Sequence record: MZ868638.1
Length of the DNA: 64,000 nt
Strand: one strand, 5' to 3'
Source of the DNA: Escherichia phage vB_EcoM-pEK20
A model generated the notes under the pieces. The model was not told where the DNA came from and searched no databases. It was given only the letters and a program-made list of their open reading frames with translations. The position numbers and the translations under genes are program-made. How positions within the stretch are numbered: position 1 is the stretch's first letter; every line of letters starts with the position of its first letter. Positions 1-9,488 of this stretch are shown piece after piece.

Positions 1-2214
1 ATGATTATTGAAACGGCTAAAGAAACGATTATTGGTTCAGGCGGTAAGAGCACAGCATTTACTATTCAAGGCAATAGCAAAGTTTATAAGATTTTGTCTA
101 ATGACCTTTATACAAACAAAGAATTGGCTTGTGTACGTGAATTAATCACAAACTGTATTGATGGGCAAATTCTTAATGGTTGCACTGATAAGTTTATTGT
201 TCAGGCTCCAGGTCGTTTAGACCCACGTTTTGTAGTTCGTGATTTTGGACCTGGTATGAGTGATTTCACTATTCGTGGTAATGACGAAGAGCCAGGAATT
301 TATAACTCATATTTTGCTTCAACTAAAACATCGAGTAACGATTTCATTGGTGGATTCGGACTCGGCTCTAAAGCTCCATTAGCATATACTGATACGTTTA
401 ACCTTACGTCTTATCATAATGGTGAAGTTCGTGGTTACGTAATCTACCAAGATGACACAGGTCCACAGATTAAGCCGACCTTTGTAGATAAGATGGGTCC
501 TGATGACCGTACGGGTGTAGAAGTAGTTGTACCGGTTAACCCGGAAGATTTTGAAAAGTTTGCATCCGAAATTGCATATGTTATGCGTCCTCTAGGTGAT
601 ATTGCAGAAGTTCGTGGTGTTAAAGATATTAAATACTTCCCAGAATTTGATGATGTATATTTGTCCAAGGAAGCTCCATGGGGTGAACGTGGTAATATCA
701 TGGCTGTTTATGGCGGTATTGTATATCCAATCGGAAGTGTTATTAAAGAACAAACATGGATGATGACACGATGCACTACAGCTTATATTAAATTCCCAAT
801 GGGTGAACTAGATGTTGCTCCGTCTCGCGAAGCATTGTCATTTGATAAACGTACAGTAGCAAATATCCATAAACGCGTTGCAGAAATCGATGCTAAATTG
901 TTCGCTGAAGATTCTAAGAAATGGATTGATTGTAAATACCCACGACATGTGTTCCGCGAAATTGATTCTCTTGGCTATACCGCTCGTAAATACATGGAAA
1001 AGGCCGGGTCTAATATTGAATCACTGAAATACTCTAAAGAACAACTAACTTATTCTGAGTTGTACAAACGTTTTAAAATGGGACCTGAGTGGTGTAATCT
1101 TGGTGTCGTATACGATATCGTTGAATCCCCTCGTCTTCGTCGTATTCGTGAAAGTGGTAGCTCATCATCAACCATTTCAATTAACAGCCTGATTGGCATT
1201 AACATTAAAAACGTTGAAATTGTTATTGACGATGTTAAGGGACGCGTTCCATTAATGCGAGCTCTTAATTCAATTGAAATGTCTAAAGACGAGGTTAAAT
1301 TATCCGGTAAAGTTCCACGCGGTTTTGGTAAAAGCGTACTATTCGTTGACCCTACAGACGAAGATGCAATGAAACTTCTGGAACGCCTTAAAGTTATCTT
1401 TGATGGCGACAACATTAACATATACAAGACTTCAGAGCTTTTACAAATCGTTAAGCCATGGATTGAAGTCAGGAAACGGACTAATGAGCCTCGTCCTAAA
1501 TCCCCGAGTGCTCATCGATTCTTTAAGAATGAAAACGATGTTTGGGTATCAGAAGACCTCTTTATTCCGGCAAGTGAAGCAGATGAAATCCAAGGTTATG
1601 CTATAGTTCGTAATCGTTCTAATGCTGAATGTCTTGACGCAGATAAAGGTTGGTTGAACTATGACTCCAATTTCTTGACCCGTATTGCTGATTTGTCAGG
1701 TATTAAAGAGTTCACTGTAGTTCGTCCACAGATTGCTAAGAAAGTTCGTAAACTTGGTGAAGTAGAATGCTTGTTCGAAAAATCAATTAATGACTATATT
1801 ACGCTAATTGATAAAGTGGATTATGATGAGTATGTATCACCAAGTCGTAGAGCACAGCCTTATTTGAATCATATTACTCGTAACGAAGAGCTTAACTTCC
1901 TTAGTAAGTATTTTAGCTCTAAGAACAAAGAAATCAGTAAAGACTTTGCAAAACTCTCAACAGTAAATAATCGTTGGGGATGGAATCGATTCGCAGGTGC
2001 TACTAATACAGACCTGAATAAGAAGTTAGAATTGTGTGCTAAAATTTTCGATAAGCTTAAAGATAATGCTTACGATAATGATGATAAAATGGTTATTGAA
2101 TTCGAAACCAATTATCATATTGTGTCAGAATACATGGGACGACGTGGTACTCTTTCCAAAGAACAGGTCGCTCAAATCGTTAAATTCATGAAGGCCGTGG
2201 AAGCGGCCAAATAA
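1..2214 (+). CDS. rIIA: rIIA membrane-associated protein (lysis inhibition / prophage exclusion target)
   Basis: 737 aa ORF; N-terminal GHKL-ATPase-like motifs (ELITNCIDG, DFGPGM, GGFGLGSK); close match to T4 rIIA as recalled; followed by rIIB. Confidence 0.93.
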   Translation: MIIETAKETIIGSGGKSTAFTIQGNSKVYKILSNDLYTNKELACVRELITNCIDGQILNGCTDKFIVQAPGRLDPRFVVRDFGPGMSDFTIRGNDEEPGIYNSYFASTKTSSNDFIGGFGLGSKAPLAYTDTFNLTSYHNGEVRGYVIYQDDTGPQIKPTFVDKMGPDDRTGVEVVVPVNPEDFEKFASEIAYVMRPLGDIAEVRGVKDIKYFPEFDDVYLSKEAPWGERGNIMAVYGGIVYPIGSVIKEQTWMMTRCTTAYIKFPMGELDVAPSREALSFDKRTVANIHKRVAEIDAKLFAEDSKKWIDCKYPRHVFREIDSLGYTARKYMEKAGSNIESLKYSKEQLTYSELYKRFKMGPEWCNLGVVYDIVESPRLRRIRESGSSSSTISINSLIGINIKNVEIVIDDVKGRVPLMRALNSIEMSKDEVKLSGKVPRGFGKSVLFVDPTDEDAMKLLERLKVIFDGDNINIYKTSELLQIVKPWIEVRKRTNEPRPKSPSAHRFFKNENDVWVSEDLFIPASEADEIQGYAIVRNRSNAECLDADKGWLNYDSNFLTRIADLSGIKEFTVVRPQIAKKVRKLGEVECLFEKSINDYITLIDKVDYDEYVSPSRRAQPYLNHITRNEELNFLSKYFSSKNKEISKDFAKLSTVNNRWGWNRFAGATNTDLNKKLELCAKIFDKLKDNAYDNDDKMVIEFETNYHIVSEYMGRRGTLSKEQVAQIVKFMKAVEAAK

Positions 2215-2223
2215 GGAAACATT

Positions 2224-3171
2224 ATGTACAATATTAAATGCTTGTCCCAAGAAGAACAGTTAGAAGCTTACGGCCTGGTTGAATCAGGCAAATGGACTCG
2301 TAAAGAAATTGCCGATTACTTCGACATTTCAACAGATACTCTTCGTAAGATTGTTAAGAATTTTAAAGCAGAAGGCGTTGTCCCTGAAGCAAACGATGCC
2401 TCTTATGTAATCGAAGAAGTTCCAGAAAATGATGAACCTATTATCGGCGGACATCGTCCTGAAATCGTATGGAACGCGTCATCTAAATTTATTTCAATTA
2501 TTGAAGGACGCGTAGCATACAATGCGACTCCATCAAGTCATGCAAATTTTGAAGAAATTAAAGCTAATCTGGTCGCAGGAAACCTTAGTAAAGCTGTCGA
2601 ACTTATTAACATCAAGAAAGCTATTAGTAAGTTTGTTGACGGTAATGTTGTTATTGAAGGTGGTAGTTTATTTTATCAAGGTATAGAGATTCGTTCTGGC
2701 CTGGTTAATCGTATTATTGATTCTATGGAAAAAGGCGAAGACTTTAAATTCTATCTACCGTTCCTTGAAAACCTGTTAGAAAACCCAAGCGAAAAAGCTG
2801 TACAACGTTTATTCGACTTCTTGGTTGCAAATGATATTGAAATCACTGAAGATGGGCATTTCTACGCGTGGAAAGTAGTTCGTAAAGATTATTTAGATTG
2901 CTATAGCGGTACATTTGATAACTCACCAGGTAAAGTTGTTTCAATGCCTCGTACTCGTGTTAACGATGATGATACACAAACCTGCTCCCGTGGTCTACAT
3001 GTTTGCGCTAAATCGTATATTCGTTACTTTGGTTCTAGCTCAGATAAAGTTGTTAAGGTTAAAGTTCATCCACGTGATGTTGTATCTATCCCAGTTGACT
3101 ATGGCGATGCTAAGATGCGTACTTGTCGTTATGAAGTAATTTCAGACGTTACTGAATTATTTGCAGAATAA
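2224..3171 (+). CDS. rIIB: rIIB protein
   Basis: 315 aa, T4 rIIB is about 312 aa; position directly after rIIA; followed by UUCG hairpin terminator. Confidence 0.9.
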   Translation: MYNIKCLSQEEQLEAYGLVESGKWTRKEIADYFDISTDTLRKIVKNFKAEGVVPEANDASYVIEEVPENDEPIIGGHRPEIVWNASSKFISIIEGRVAYNATPSSHANFEEIKANLVAGNLSKAVELINIKKAISKFVDGNVVIEGGSLFYQGIEIRSGLVNRIIDSMEKGEDFKFYLPFLENLLENPSEKAVQRLFDFLVANDIEITEDGHFYAWKVVRKDYLDCYSGTFDNSPGKVVSMPRTRVNDDDTQTCSRGLHVCAKSYIRYFGSSSDKVVKVKVHPRDVVSIPVDYGDAKMRTCRYEVISDVTELFAE

Positions 3172-3176
3172 TAATT

Positions 3177-3199
3177 GGGGACTTCGGTCCCCTTTTTTC
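3177..3199 (+). terminator. intrinsic terminator hairpin GGGGAC-UUCG-GUCCCC plus U-run
   Basis: perfect 6-bp GC stem with UUCG tetraloop followed by TTTTTT, directly after the rIIB stop. Confidence 0.8.
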
Positions 3200-3212
3200 T
3201 TTAGGGGTAATT

Positions 3213-3500
3213 ATGATTCATCCATTTGACGTATCAGAATCCAAAATTGCTAATCTTCGTGGTCATCATAAGTGTAAATCAGTTTATTGTGCTAAATTGG
3301 TAAAACATCCTGGCGATGCACACTATGGTTGGTTAGAATGCGACGAAGTTGTTATTGAAATCCCACCGGTAGATGCAGAATATCTTGAAGAAGGTGACCG
3401 CATTTATTTTGGCGAACTACACATCAGAGGTATCTATGGTAAAGACGAACTTGGGACTGTTGAGACTGAAGAATCTTCCGACATTTATCCTGTCGAATGA
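3213..3500 (+). CDS. hypothetical small protein with Cys/His cluster
   Basis: 95 aa ORF; GGGG-containing RBS; overlaps the 5' end of the next ORF. Confidence 0.45.
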   Translation: MIHPFDVSESKIANLRGHHKCKSVYCAKLVKHPGDAHYGWLECDEVVIEIPPVDAEYLEEGDRIYFGELHIRGIYGKDELGTVETEESSDIYPVE

Positions 3501-3993
3501 GTTTTTGACTAGTGAAATGAAGGTGAAGATTGCTGACACTGCTCGGTATTCCCTGAGCCAAAATCCTGACCAAAACAAAGAAGACGTTGTTCGACGTTGT
3601 AAGGTTGCAGTCTTTGCAGAGTATGTAGTAGCAAATTGGCTAGACGGATATGTTAATAAAGGTAATGAAGACGTAGAAGACCCGTACACGTATGCATGGG
3701 ACGTTTTAGCTCATCCTAAATACTGCGGGTTACGTGTCGAAGTCAAGACGCACCAGATCGATTCTAAATGGATTTCGGTTACCACAGGATACAGTGGTGA
3801 TTATCCAGGTGGCAACGGAATCAACATAGGGCCCTTCTTGAATCATCGAGTCGCAGATTGCATTATTATATTAGATGTCAAAGAAACCTCACCTGACGTC
3901 TTCTCTTATTCTATAAAGTTCGTGGGAGACCATGAGGACCTAAAGAAAATCGTCCGCAAGAGCAACTACAACGGGTGGTATCTTCATCTTTAA
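3436..3993 (+). CDS. denB: probable endonuclease IV (denB-like)
   Basis: synteny between rIIB and ndd; start at 3436 (GAGG RBS 6 nt upstream) gives 185 aa, matching T4 EndoIV length; alternative start at 3517; sequence identity not verified. Confidence 0.5.
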   Translation: MVKTNLGLLRLKNLPTFILSNEFLTSEMKVKIADTARYSLSQNPDQNKEDVVRRCKVAVFAEYVVANWLDGYVNKGNEDVEDPYTYAWDVLAHPKYCGLRVEVKTHQIDSKWISVTTGYSGDYPGGNGINIGPFLNHRVADCIIILDVKETSPDVFSYSIKFVGDHEDLKKIVRKSNYNGWYLHL

Positions 3994-4005
3994 TTTCATA
4001 AAAGT

Positions 4006-4035
4006 GTTTACAACTAAGTAGGACTATGATATAGT
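4006..4035 (+). promoter_or_regulatory. early sigma70-type promoter (GTTTAC -35, TGnTATAGT extended -10)
   Basis: GTTTAC at 4006-4011, 18-bp spacer, TG + TATAGT at 4027-4035; 8-bp inverted repeat TAGGACTA/TAGTCCTA flanks the -10. Confidence 0.7.
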
Positions 4036-4061
4036 AGTCCTATCTAAAAGAGGATAACATT

Positions 4062-4325
4062 ATGAAATTTAAATTTTTCTACGCAAAACATAAAGTAACA
4101 GGCGAATTTGTTTCAATGTACAACACCGCCGATGACGAAGGGATGATTTATACTCATTTAGGTCTATCTCATTGGGACTCAGACGTGCCTTATATGTCAT
4201 CTGAAGCCGAAATAACTCGTTTAGTTAACGGACATATGAACGACCATTTTAGTGTTATTCTTTCTAAAGACCTTAAAGAGGTTATCAACAAAGGATATAT
4301 GGAACTCGCGGAAGTTGAGATATGA
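4062..4325 (+). CDS. hypothetical early protein
   Basis: 87 aa ORF with AGAGGA RBS downstream of an early promoter. Confidence 0.55.
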   Translation: MKFKFFYAKHKVTGEFVSMYNTADDEGMIYTHLGLSHWDSDVPYMSSEAEITRLVNGHMNDHFSVILSKDLKEVINKGYMELAEVEI

Positions 4326-4408
4326 GTTCTAAAATGTGGATCGGAATATGGTTGCTTAGTATCCCTATGATTTGTATAATATCTTCAATTGCATTGAGGT
4401 ACTTATGA
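4322..4408 (+). CDS. tiny hydrophobic peptide (28 aa)
   Basis: ATG overlaps upstream stop (ATGA); MSSKMWIGIWLLSIPMICIISSIALRYL is a single TM-like segment; low confidence because of size. Confidence 0.3.
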   Translation: MSSKMWIGIWLLSIPMICIISSIALRYL

Positions 4409-4515
4409 AAAATGCACTTCTTATTGTACTAAGAACAATTTGTGATACGGGTTTTTACATTGCATGTTCGTTCACTGGAACATGGTTGGCTTTAACATAT
4501 TTTAATGTAATTTAA
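4405..4515 (+). CDS. tiny hydrophobic peptide (36 aa)
   Basis: start overlaps previous stop (TTATGA); hydrophobic, Cys-containing. Confidence 0.3.
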   Translation: MKNALLIVLRTICDTGFYIACSFTGTWLALTYFNVI

Positions 4516-4517
4516 TT

Positions 4518-4547
4518 GTTTACATCAAGGTAGGATTATGGTATAGT
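4518..4547 (+). promoter_or_regulatory. early promoter
   Basis: GTTTAC 4518-4523, 18-bp spacer, TGgTATAGT; near-copy of the promoter at 4006. Confidence 0.7.
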
Positions 4548-4575
4548 AGTCCTACTGAAACATGAGGAACACAAA

Positions 4576-4776
4576 ATGGCTAAGCTTTTTAAAGATGTTG
4601 AAATTGGTGAAAAATTTGTCCTGAATAATGGTCAGCAGCTTATTCGTGTAGCTTCTATCGCCGGACAAACTCATAACTGTATCGCCCCAACGTGTTGGAC
4701 TCGATTCTTTATTGAAGATGACACTGAATGTTTAACTGTTGAAGAGCTTTTTGAACGTTCTGATATAGCCGAATAA
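4576..4776 (+). CDS. hypothetical early protein
   Basis: 66 aa ORF, GAGGAA RBS, downstream of early promoter. Confidence 0.55.
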   Translation: MAKLFKDVEIGEKFVLNNGQQLIRVASIAGQTHNCIAPTCWTRFFIEDDTECLTVEELFERSDIAE

Positions 4777-4778
4777 AA

Positions 4779-4808
4779 TTGTACAAACTCTTGAGAGCAG
4801 AGTATAAT
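4779..4808 (+). promoter_or_regulatory. early promoter (TTGTAC -35 variant, TATAAT -10)
   Basis: 18-bp spacer; -10 sits inside 7-bp inverted repeat GAGAGCA/TGCTCTC; nearly identical element at 32819. Confidence 0.6.
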
Positions 4809-4852
4809 GCTCTCATGGATTACAAAAACATTAATCAATTGAGGAAATTAGC

Positions 4853-5299
4853 ATGTCCAAATATTTAACTCGTAAAGACCTTCTGGCAGTTGGCGGTGAA
4901 GTTGTTGCAGTAGTTCGTAACGGCGAATACGGTTCTGAAGTTTCTAAAGAGTTTCGTTCTCGTGAAGGTTTTTACTTCTTTGTTAAAGGTTCATCTGATT
5001 GGCGACAAGTAGCAGCACGATTCTTTGTAGGACGTCAACGTTCTAAACAAGGGTTGGATGCAATTCTTTCTCACATTCGTCAAGGCCGTTCGCAACTAGC
5101 CCGTACTATGGGCACTAACAATATTGAATATGATGTAATCTTTGTTGCAGCTAAGAACATGAAACCACTGACCACTGGTTACGGTAAAGGACAATTGGCT
5201 CTGGCATTCACTCGCAACCATACATCAGAATATCAAACACTCACTGAAATGAACCGTCTTCTGGCAGATAATTTCAAATTCATTCTGCAGAGTTACTAA
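4853..5299 (+). CDS. ndd: Ndd nucleoid disruption protein
   Basis: 148 aa (T4 Ndd about 151 aa); position between denB and gene 52; GAGGAAA RBS. Confidence 0.75.
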   Translation: MSKYLTRKDLLAVGGEVVAVVRNGEYGSEVSKEFRSREGFYFFVKGSSDWRQVAARFFVGRQRSKQGLDAILSHIRQGRSQLARTMGTNNIEYDVIFVAAKNMKPLTTGYGKGQLALAFTRNHTSEYQTLTEMNRLLADNFKFILQSY

Positions 5300-5351
5300 T
5301 TTATATAGGCCTAGCTTAATAGGCCTTTAATTTATTTTTGAGGTAATTAAA

Positions 5352-5498
5352 ATGGTAGCATGGATTATTGCATTGCTGTGTTGGTCGTTTTTATTCGTTA
5401 ACACTTTAGTTACAGGCGAAACAACAGTATTTCAACAGGCCGTATCACAAGGTACCTTAGCGGTCTTAGCTCTTCTTAACGTATTAAAAGGCGAGTAA
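5352..5498 (+). CDS. small membrane peptide (48 aa)
   Basis: MVAWIIALLCWSFLFVNTLV... hydrophobic N-terminus; between ndd and 52 where T4 carries stp/ac. Confidence 0.4.
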   Translation: MVAWIIALLCWSFLFVNTLVTGETTVFQQAVSQGTLAVLALLNVLKGE

Positions 5499-5638
5499 TG
5501 ATTAAGAAAATCTTAGCAGGAGCCTTCGGGCTCTTGTTGTTGCTTACGGTTCTGTACTATGGTGTGATGTTTGGGCTAATCCAAGTAGTGCTTTTCATTT
5601 CAGATGTTATAATGGTTATTCGTTCATTAATATGGTGA
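5498..5638 (+). CDS. small membrane peptide (46 aa), ac-like by position
   Basis: TAATG overlap with previous ORF; almost entirely hydrophobic; immediately upstream of gene 52 as ac is in T4. Confidence 0.4.
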   Translation: MIKKILAGAFGLLLLLTVLYYGVMFGLIQVVLFISDVIMVIRSLIW

Positions 5639-5642
5639 AAAT

Positions 5643-6968
5643 ATGCAATTGAATTCTCGTAATCTAAAAAGTATTATTGATAACGAAGCCTTAGCATATG
5701 CGATGTACACCGTTGAAAACCGTGCAATCCCAAACATGATTGATGGATTTAAGCCGGTTCAACGTTTTGTGGTTCATCGTGCGTTAGATTTGGCTCGTGG
5801 TAATAAAGAAAAATTTCATAAACTTGCGTCAATTGCAGGCGGTGTTGCAGATTTAGGTTATCACCATGGTGAATCTTCTGCACAAGATGCAGGTGCATTG
5901 ATGGCTAACACATGGAACAACAACTATCCACTGTTAGATGGCCAAGGCAACTTTGGTTCTCGAACAGTCCAAAAAGCTGCAGCATCTCGTTATATTTTTG
6001 CTCGTGTAAGTAAAAATTTCTATAACGTATATAAAGATACTGAATATGCTCCAGCTCATGAAGATAAAGAACACATTCCACCAAAATTCTATCTTCCTAT
6101 TATTCCGACAGTTCTTTTGAATGGTGTCTCTGGTATTGCAACCGGTTACGCAACAAATATTCTGCCTCATAGTTTTAAATCAGTCAAAAAGGCTGTATTA
6201 CAAGCTCTTCAAGGTAAAAATGTCACTAAGCCAAAAGTTGAATTCCCGGAATTCCGTGGTGAAGTACATGAAGTTGATGGGCGTTATGAGATTCACGGAA
6301 CATATAAGTTCACATCTCGCACTCAAATGCAGATAACTGAAATCCCATATAAATTCGACCGTGAAACGTATGTGAGTAAGGTTCTTGACCCGTTGGAAGA
6401 CAAAGGTCTAATCTCATGGGAAGATGATTGTGGTGAACACGGCTTTGGGTTTAAGGTGAAGTTCCGTAAAGAGTACTCGCTTCCTGATGATGAAGAGCTA
6501 CGTCATGAAAAAATCATGAAAGATTTTAGTCTCATCGAACGTCGTTCACAAAACATCACAGTGATTAATGAAAAGGGTAAATTAGCAGTCTATGATAACG
6601 TAGTGGACTTAATCAAAGATTTTGTTGAAGTCCGTAAGACTTACGTTCAGAAACGTATTGACAACAAAATCCTTGAATCTGAAAAAGCATTTAAACTGGC
6701 TTTTGCTAAGGCACACTTCATCAAAAAAGTTATTACAGGTGAAATTGTGATTCAGGGCAAGACCCGTAAAGCTTTGACTGAAGAGCTAACACAAATCGAA
6801 ATGTACAAAGAACATGTCGATAAACTGGTAGGTCTTAACATCTTCCATATCACTTCCGATGAAGCACGTAAACTGGCAGAAGAAGCTAAAGCTAAGAAAG
6901 AAGAAAATGAGTATTGGAAGTCTACTGATGTGGTAACTGAGTATGTTAAAGATTTGGAGGCTCTATGA
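5643..6968 (+). CDS. 52: DNA topoisomerase II medium subunit gp52
   Basis: 441 aa (T4 gp52 442 aa); GyrA-like motifs incl. active-site region AASRYIFARV. Confidence 0.9.
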   Translation: MQLNSRNLKSIIDNEALAYAMYTVENRAIPNMIDGFKPVQRFVVHRALDLARGNKEKFHKLASIAGGVADLGYHHGESSAQDAGALMANTWNNNYPLLDGQGNFGSRTVQKAAASRYIFARVSKNFYNVYKDTEYAPAHEDKEHIPPKFYLPIIPTVLLNGVSGIATGYATNILPHSFKSVKKAVLQALQGKNVTKPKVEFPEFRGEVHEVDGRYEIHGTYKFTSRTQMQITEIPYKFDRETYVSKVLDPLEDKGLISWEDDCGEHGFGFKVKFRKEYSLPDDEELRHEKIMKDFSLIERRSQNITVINEKGKLAVYDNVVDLIKDFVEVRKTYVQKRIDNKILESEKAFKLAFAKAHFIKKVITGEIVIQGKTRKALTEELTQIEMYKEHVDKLVGLNIFHITSDEARKLAEEAKAKKEENEYWKSTDVVTEYVKDLEAL

Positions 6969-7069
6969 GCCTTGGAGTCGAGTTCTTGTTACTATGTATC
7001 TTTGCTGTTATTCTAGGCCTGGCGACAGGCTTAGCTATAGGTTTAATAGCAGCCCACTTTAAAAAGTAA
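6965..7069 (+). CDS. small hydrophobic peptide (34 aa)
   Basis: ATGA overlap with gene 52 stop; single TM-like segment; followed by terminator. Confidence 0.35.
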   Translation: MSLGVEFLLLCIFAVILGLATGLAIGLIAAHFKK

Positions 7070-7092
7070 GGAACCTTCGGGTTCCTTTTTGT
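7068..7092 (+). terminator. intrinsic terminator GGAACC-UUCG-GGUUCC plus U-run
   Basis: hairpin 7070-7085 followed by TTTTT. Confidence 0.8.
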
Positions 7093-7111
7093 GCATTTTT
7101 CTCACAAAACA

Positions 7112-7140
7112 GTTTACATGTGCTTCAAACATGATATTAT
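7112..7140 (+). promoter_or_regulatory. early promoter upstream of motA
   Basis: GTTTAC 7112-7117, 17-bp spacer, TGaTATTAT. Confidence 0.65.
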
Positions 7141-7177
7141 AGACCTATCAAAACAAATACTAATTTGGAGAAATAAA

Positions 7178-7810
7178 ATGTCTAAAGTTACTTACATCAT
7201 CAAAGCTTCTGAAAACGCTCTGAATGAAAAAACTGCCGCAATAATGGTTTATATCATTAAGAACAACTTCACCACTGCTGCCAATGTCCGTGAAGCTCTA
7301 GAAGCGGAATACAATGCATCGGTTGTTAACTCTAACATTGGCGTATTGATTAAGAAAGGTTTAGTCGAAAAATCTGGTGATGGACTTATAGCAACAGGCG
7401 AAGCAATGGATATTATCCAAAAAGCTGCAGACCTCTTTGCCCAAGAAAATGCTCCAGAACTTCTTCAGAAACGTAACACTAGAAAAGCACGTGGAGTTAC
7501 TCCTGAAATGCATGAATTAGCAAACTTTGTTTTTGAAAATATTAAAGATAAAGTTGAAGTTAAAGAAATTGGTGAAAACCGTAGTAACTTGGAAGTTCGA
7601 TTTGCAAAACGAGTTCTAGGTATTCGTCAGATCGAAATTCGTCGAAATGGTTCTCTTAGAATCTTTGCATACAACATGTCAGAAACCGAATCAAAGCTGT
7701 TTACTTCTCTTGAAAATGATGTTAAGATTAAGATCGGTGGTAAATATACTTACATTGACTTCCCTAATGTGTCCAAAGAAATCATTACCCTTGTAACTAA
7801 CGTACTGTGA
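7178..7810 (+). CDS. motA: MotA middle-transcription activator
   Basis: start MSKVTYIIKAS matches T4 MotA N-terminus as recalled; 210 aa; the ORF-track start at 7091 is an upstream extension. Confidence 0.9.
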   Translation: MSKVTYIIKASENALNEKTAAIMVYIIKNNFTTAANVREALEAEYNASVVNSNIGVLIKKGLVEKSGDGLIATGEAMDIIQKAADLFAQENAPELLQKRNTRKARGVTPEMHELANFVFENIKDKVEVKEIGENRSNLEVRFAKRVLGIRQIEIRRNGSLRIFAYNMSETESKLFTSLENDVKIKIGGKYTYIDFPNVSKEIITLVTNVL

Positions 7811-7820
7811 GGAATACATA

Positions 7821-8165
7821 ATGAATAAGCTGAATATTATTAACGAACTTCGTAAATGTGCAGAACCTACTCAGGAAGGATGGGATATTTGGTACCACGG
7901 GGCTTATCTTGGAACTATAGTTAAAGTTAAAGCTGGGTTATATTTAATTATTCGCGAAAATTCTGAATTCCCTAATGGAGTAGCTCCTGGCGGTATACGT
8001 AAAAACTTTATGGCAGCGATCAGTTCATTTGTTGATGCCGCTTACGAAATCTATAAAGAAGATTATAAAGAATATCAGCAGTCACAACCGGTTATTCGTT
8101 CGATTGGTGTAAATAAACAAGCACAAAAATCTATTTGGCAACGTATTAAGGAATGGTTTAAATGA
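7821..8165 (+). CDS. hypothetical protein (motA-asiA variable cluster)
   Basis: 114 aa ORF, RBS GAGGAA. Confidence 0.55.
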   Translation: MNKLNIINELRKCAEPTQEGWDIWYHGAYLGTIVKVKAGLYLIIRENSEFPNGVAPGGIRKNFMAAISSFVDAAYEIYKEDYKEYQQSQPVIRSIGVNKQAQKSIWQRIKEWFK

Positions 8166-8623
8166 AATCATTTAAAGAACGTTTAGAGCTATTAGATTTG
8201 GCCTTGTCTCGTGAGACTCCTGAAAGTCTAGCAGAAAAATTACAGTCCTACGGTTATAATTATTCTGCTGATGATGTAATGAATGAAGTTCCTGAAATCT
8301 GTTGGCAAACGTGCTATTGGAATAATGACCAAAAAGTTCAACGTGTTATAGTATGTGCAGCTAATAGGTTTAAATTGAAGAGTGGTGGAACTCTGGTTAT
8401 TCCTGGAGTTCGTCATTACTCTAAAGATATGGCTGAAGTACTTGATATAGTTGGTCCTCAATTAGTCTCGCAACAAGTTTGTGGTGACGATCAAGGCTTT
8501 ATCGACCAATACTCTAATTACTGGACTCGTGAAGAAGCAATGGTTATTGCAACGTATGCTGGACAGGTACGTATTGAACGTGGCGGAAGCGAGAAAGAAC
8601 TTTATTCAGAGGACCTTTATTAA
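8162..8623 (+). CDS. hypothetical protein (motA-asiA variable cluster)
   Basis: 153 aa ORF, ATGA-coupled to upstream ORF; no domain recognised. Confidence 0.55.
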   Translation: MKSFKERLELLDLALSRETPESLAEKLQSYGYNYSADDVMNEVPEICWQTCYWNNDQKVQRVIVCAANRFKLKSGGTLVIPGVRHYSKDMAEVLDIVGPQLVSQQVCGDDQGFIDQYSNYWTREEAMVIATYAGQVRIERGGSEKELYSEDLY

Positions 8624-8904
8624 TGAATATTAAACAACTCCAGAAAGATGCTATTGAATCACGCATCCAAGATATCAAACGTCTTAATCATATGATGGAA
8701 GAAAACTATGGTATGTATGCTAATCAGCCTGGTTGGGACGCTTTAGACCATCCTTATTTGGTTAATTTATGTAAAGGTGATACGTTAGCAATTATTCGTG
8801 ATGGGTTAAAACCTTTCTTACGCGACATGTATATTAAAATGAACGAAGAAATTATTAGCTCGTTGCAATATCAATTAAGGAAATTAGATGATGAGAATAA
8901 TTGA
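8623..8904 (+). CDS. hypothetical protein; position compatible with arn-like gene
   Basis: 93 aa ORF (T4 Arn about 92 aa, located between motA and asiA); sequence identity not verified. Confidence 0.45.
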   Translation: MNIKQLQKDAIESRIQDIKRLNHMMEENYGMYANQPGWDALDHPYLVNLCKGDTLAIIRDGLKPFLRDMYIKMNEEIISSLQYQLRKLDDENN

Positions 8905-9106
8905 TTCTAAAGCAGATTATTTTAATTCTGTTAATGATAAGAATAAAGCTTTAATTCGCCACTTTATTACTGAGATGGGATACACTGACTCTAAAGATTT
9001 GAAAGAGCACATTATCGAATGTTCTGTGGCTAAAAAGTTTTCTTTTACCGATAAATGTTTAAACGAGGTTATAAAGCATTATGAACAATCTTGTAGCAAA
9101 ACATAA
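8888..9106 (+). CDS. hypothetical protein
   Basis: 72 aa ORF. Confidence 0.45.
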   Translation: MMRIIDSKADYFNSVNDKNKALIRHFITEMGYTDSKDLKEHIIECSVAKKFSFTDKCLNEVIKHYEQSCSKT

Positions 9107-9488
9107 TTTCAATAAGGCTTCTGTTCATAAGGACAAGAAGAAATCAGAACTTCAATCTAAACGTAAACAAAACATAAGGGTAAAGACTATGCTTATTAAA
9201 ATCAAAGAAAATCCTGCAACTGAACTTGTTATTCGATGCGAAGAACTTGCAGAGCTTTATCAGGTTAACCGAGAAGTATATCGTAGTGTTGTTGCAGATA
9301 TGGCAGACGAAGTATGTTCTCGTATTCCTTTTAGTGTTGATTTCAATCACATGAAGCCTGGTGAAATCACTATCGTCTTTGGTTCTGACTATACTGAAGA
9401 ACGGGCTCTTAATGCCCTAGAATATGAAATGTCGTTCTTCGACATACAGGACTATATTGATAGTTATAAGGAACGATATGAGTCATAA
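9081..9488 (+). CDS. hypothetical protein
   Basis: 135 aa ORF; true start may be internal. Confidence 0.45.
   Translation: MNNLVAKHNFNKASVHKDKKKSELQSKRKQNIRVKTMLIKIKENPATELVIRCEELAELYQVNREVYRSVVADMADEVCSRIPFSVDFNHMKPGEITIVFGSDYTEERALNALEYEMSFFDIQDYIDSYKERYES

Noticed and set aside
444-1606. ORFs 444..701(-), 1050..1427(-) and 1400..1606(+) inside rIIA
   Set aside because: They lie entirely within or antisense to the well-supported rIIA frame, have no RBS, and their composition is Ser/Thr/Leu-rich as expected of antisense frames in AT-rich DNA.
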